DNA of 64,000 nucleotides from Escherichia coli (GTDB lineage Bacteria; Pseudomonadota; Gammaproteobacteria; Enterobacterales; Enterobacteriaceae): NCBI RefSeq assembly GCF_001677475.2, contig NZ_CP015229.1; one strand, 5' to 3'. Shown piece by piece: positions 63,960 to 64,000 of this stretch (position 1 is its first letter; each line of letters starts with the position of its first letter). The notes under the pieces were generated by a model. It saw only the letters and a program-made list of their open reading frames with translations, ran no database searches and was not told where the DNA came from. The position numbers and the translations under genes were made by a program.

Positions 63960-64000
63960 ATGTCTAAGGTGCAGGAGTGGCAACAGCTTGCCAACAAGGA
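63960..64000 (+). CDS. scpA: methylmalonyl-CoA mutase (Sbm/ScpA), first 13 codons only; truncated by the window end
   Basis: ATG at 63960 translating MSKVQEWQQLANK, consistent with the remembered Sbm N-terminus and its position after argP. Confidence 0.6.
   Translation, partial: MSKVQEWQQLANK

Overview
This window reads as a contiguous stretch of enterobacterial (Escherichia coli-type) core chromosome; I recognised the genes by eye from the supplied translations and gene order, with no database search. From the left: an AT-rich edge with an exported YgeQ-like protein, tRNA-Gly(CCC) and the LysM/M23 lipoprotein gene ygeR. Then a ~31 kb purine/urate-catabolism cluster (about 3.5-35.9 kb): xdhABC, the sigma54 activator gene ygeV, ygeW-ygeX-ygeY-hyuA-yqeA, yqeB-yqeC, mocA, ygfK-ssnA-ygfM-xdhD, xanQ-guaD-ghxQ, ygfS-ygfT and uacT. 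Then housekeeping genes: idi, lysS-prfB (with the programmed +1 frameshift), recJ-dsbC-xerD, fldB, cptA/sdhE, ygfZ, yqfA, yqfB, bglA, ygfF, gcvTHP, ubiI-ubiH-pepP-ygfB, zapA-ssrS(6S RNA)-fau, the ibsC/sibC type I toxin-antitoxin pair, serA, rpiA, argP and the first codons of scpA. I found no CRISPR array, insertion sequence, phage integrase or obvious defence island, so I do not see a clearly novel system here. The least understood part is the ygeV-associated molybdenum-hydroxylase cluster: it carries the yqeB/yqeC markers of selenium-dependent molybdenum hydroxylases, and I found sigma54-like -24/-12 motifs by eye upstream of xdhA, ygeW, ygfK and uacT. Several supplied ORFs carry N-terminal extensions, which I trimmed to the start that matches the remembered protein N-terminus; coordinates of small RNAs, promoters and hairpins are approximate.
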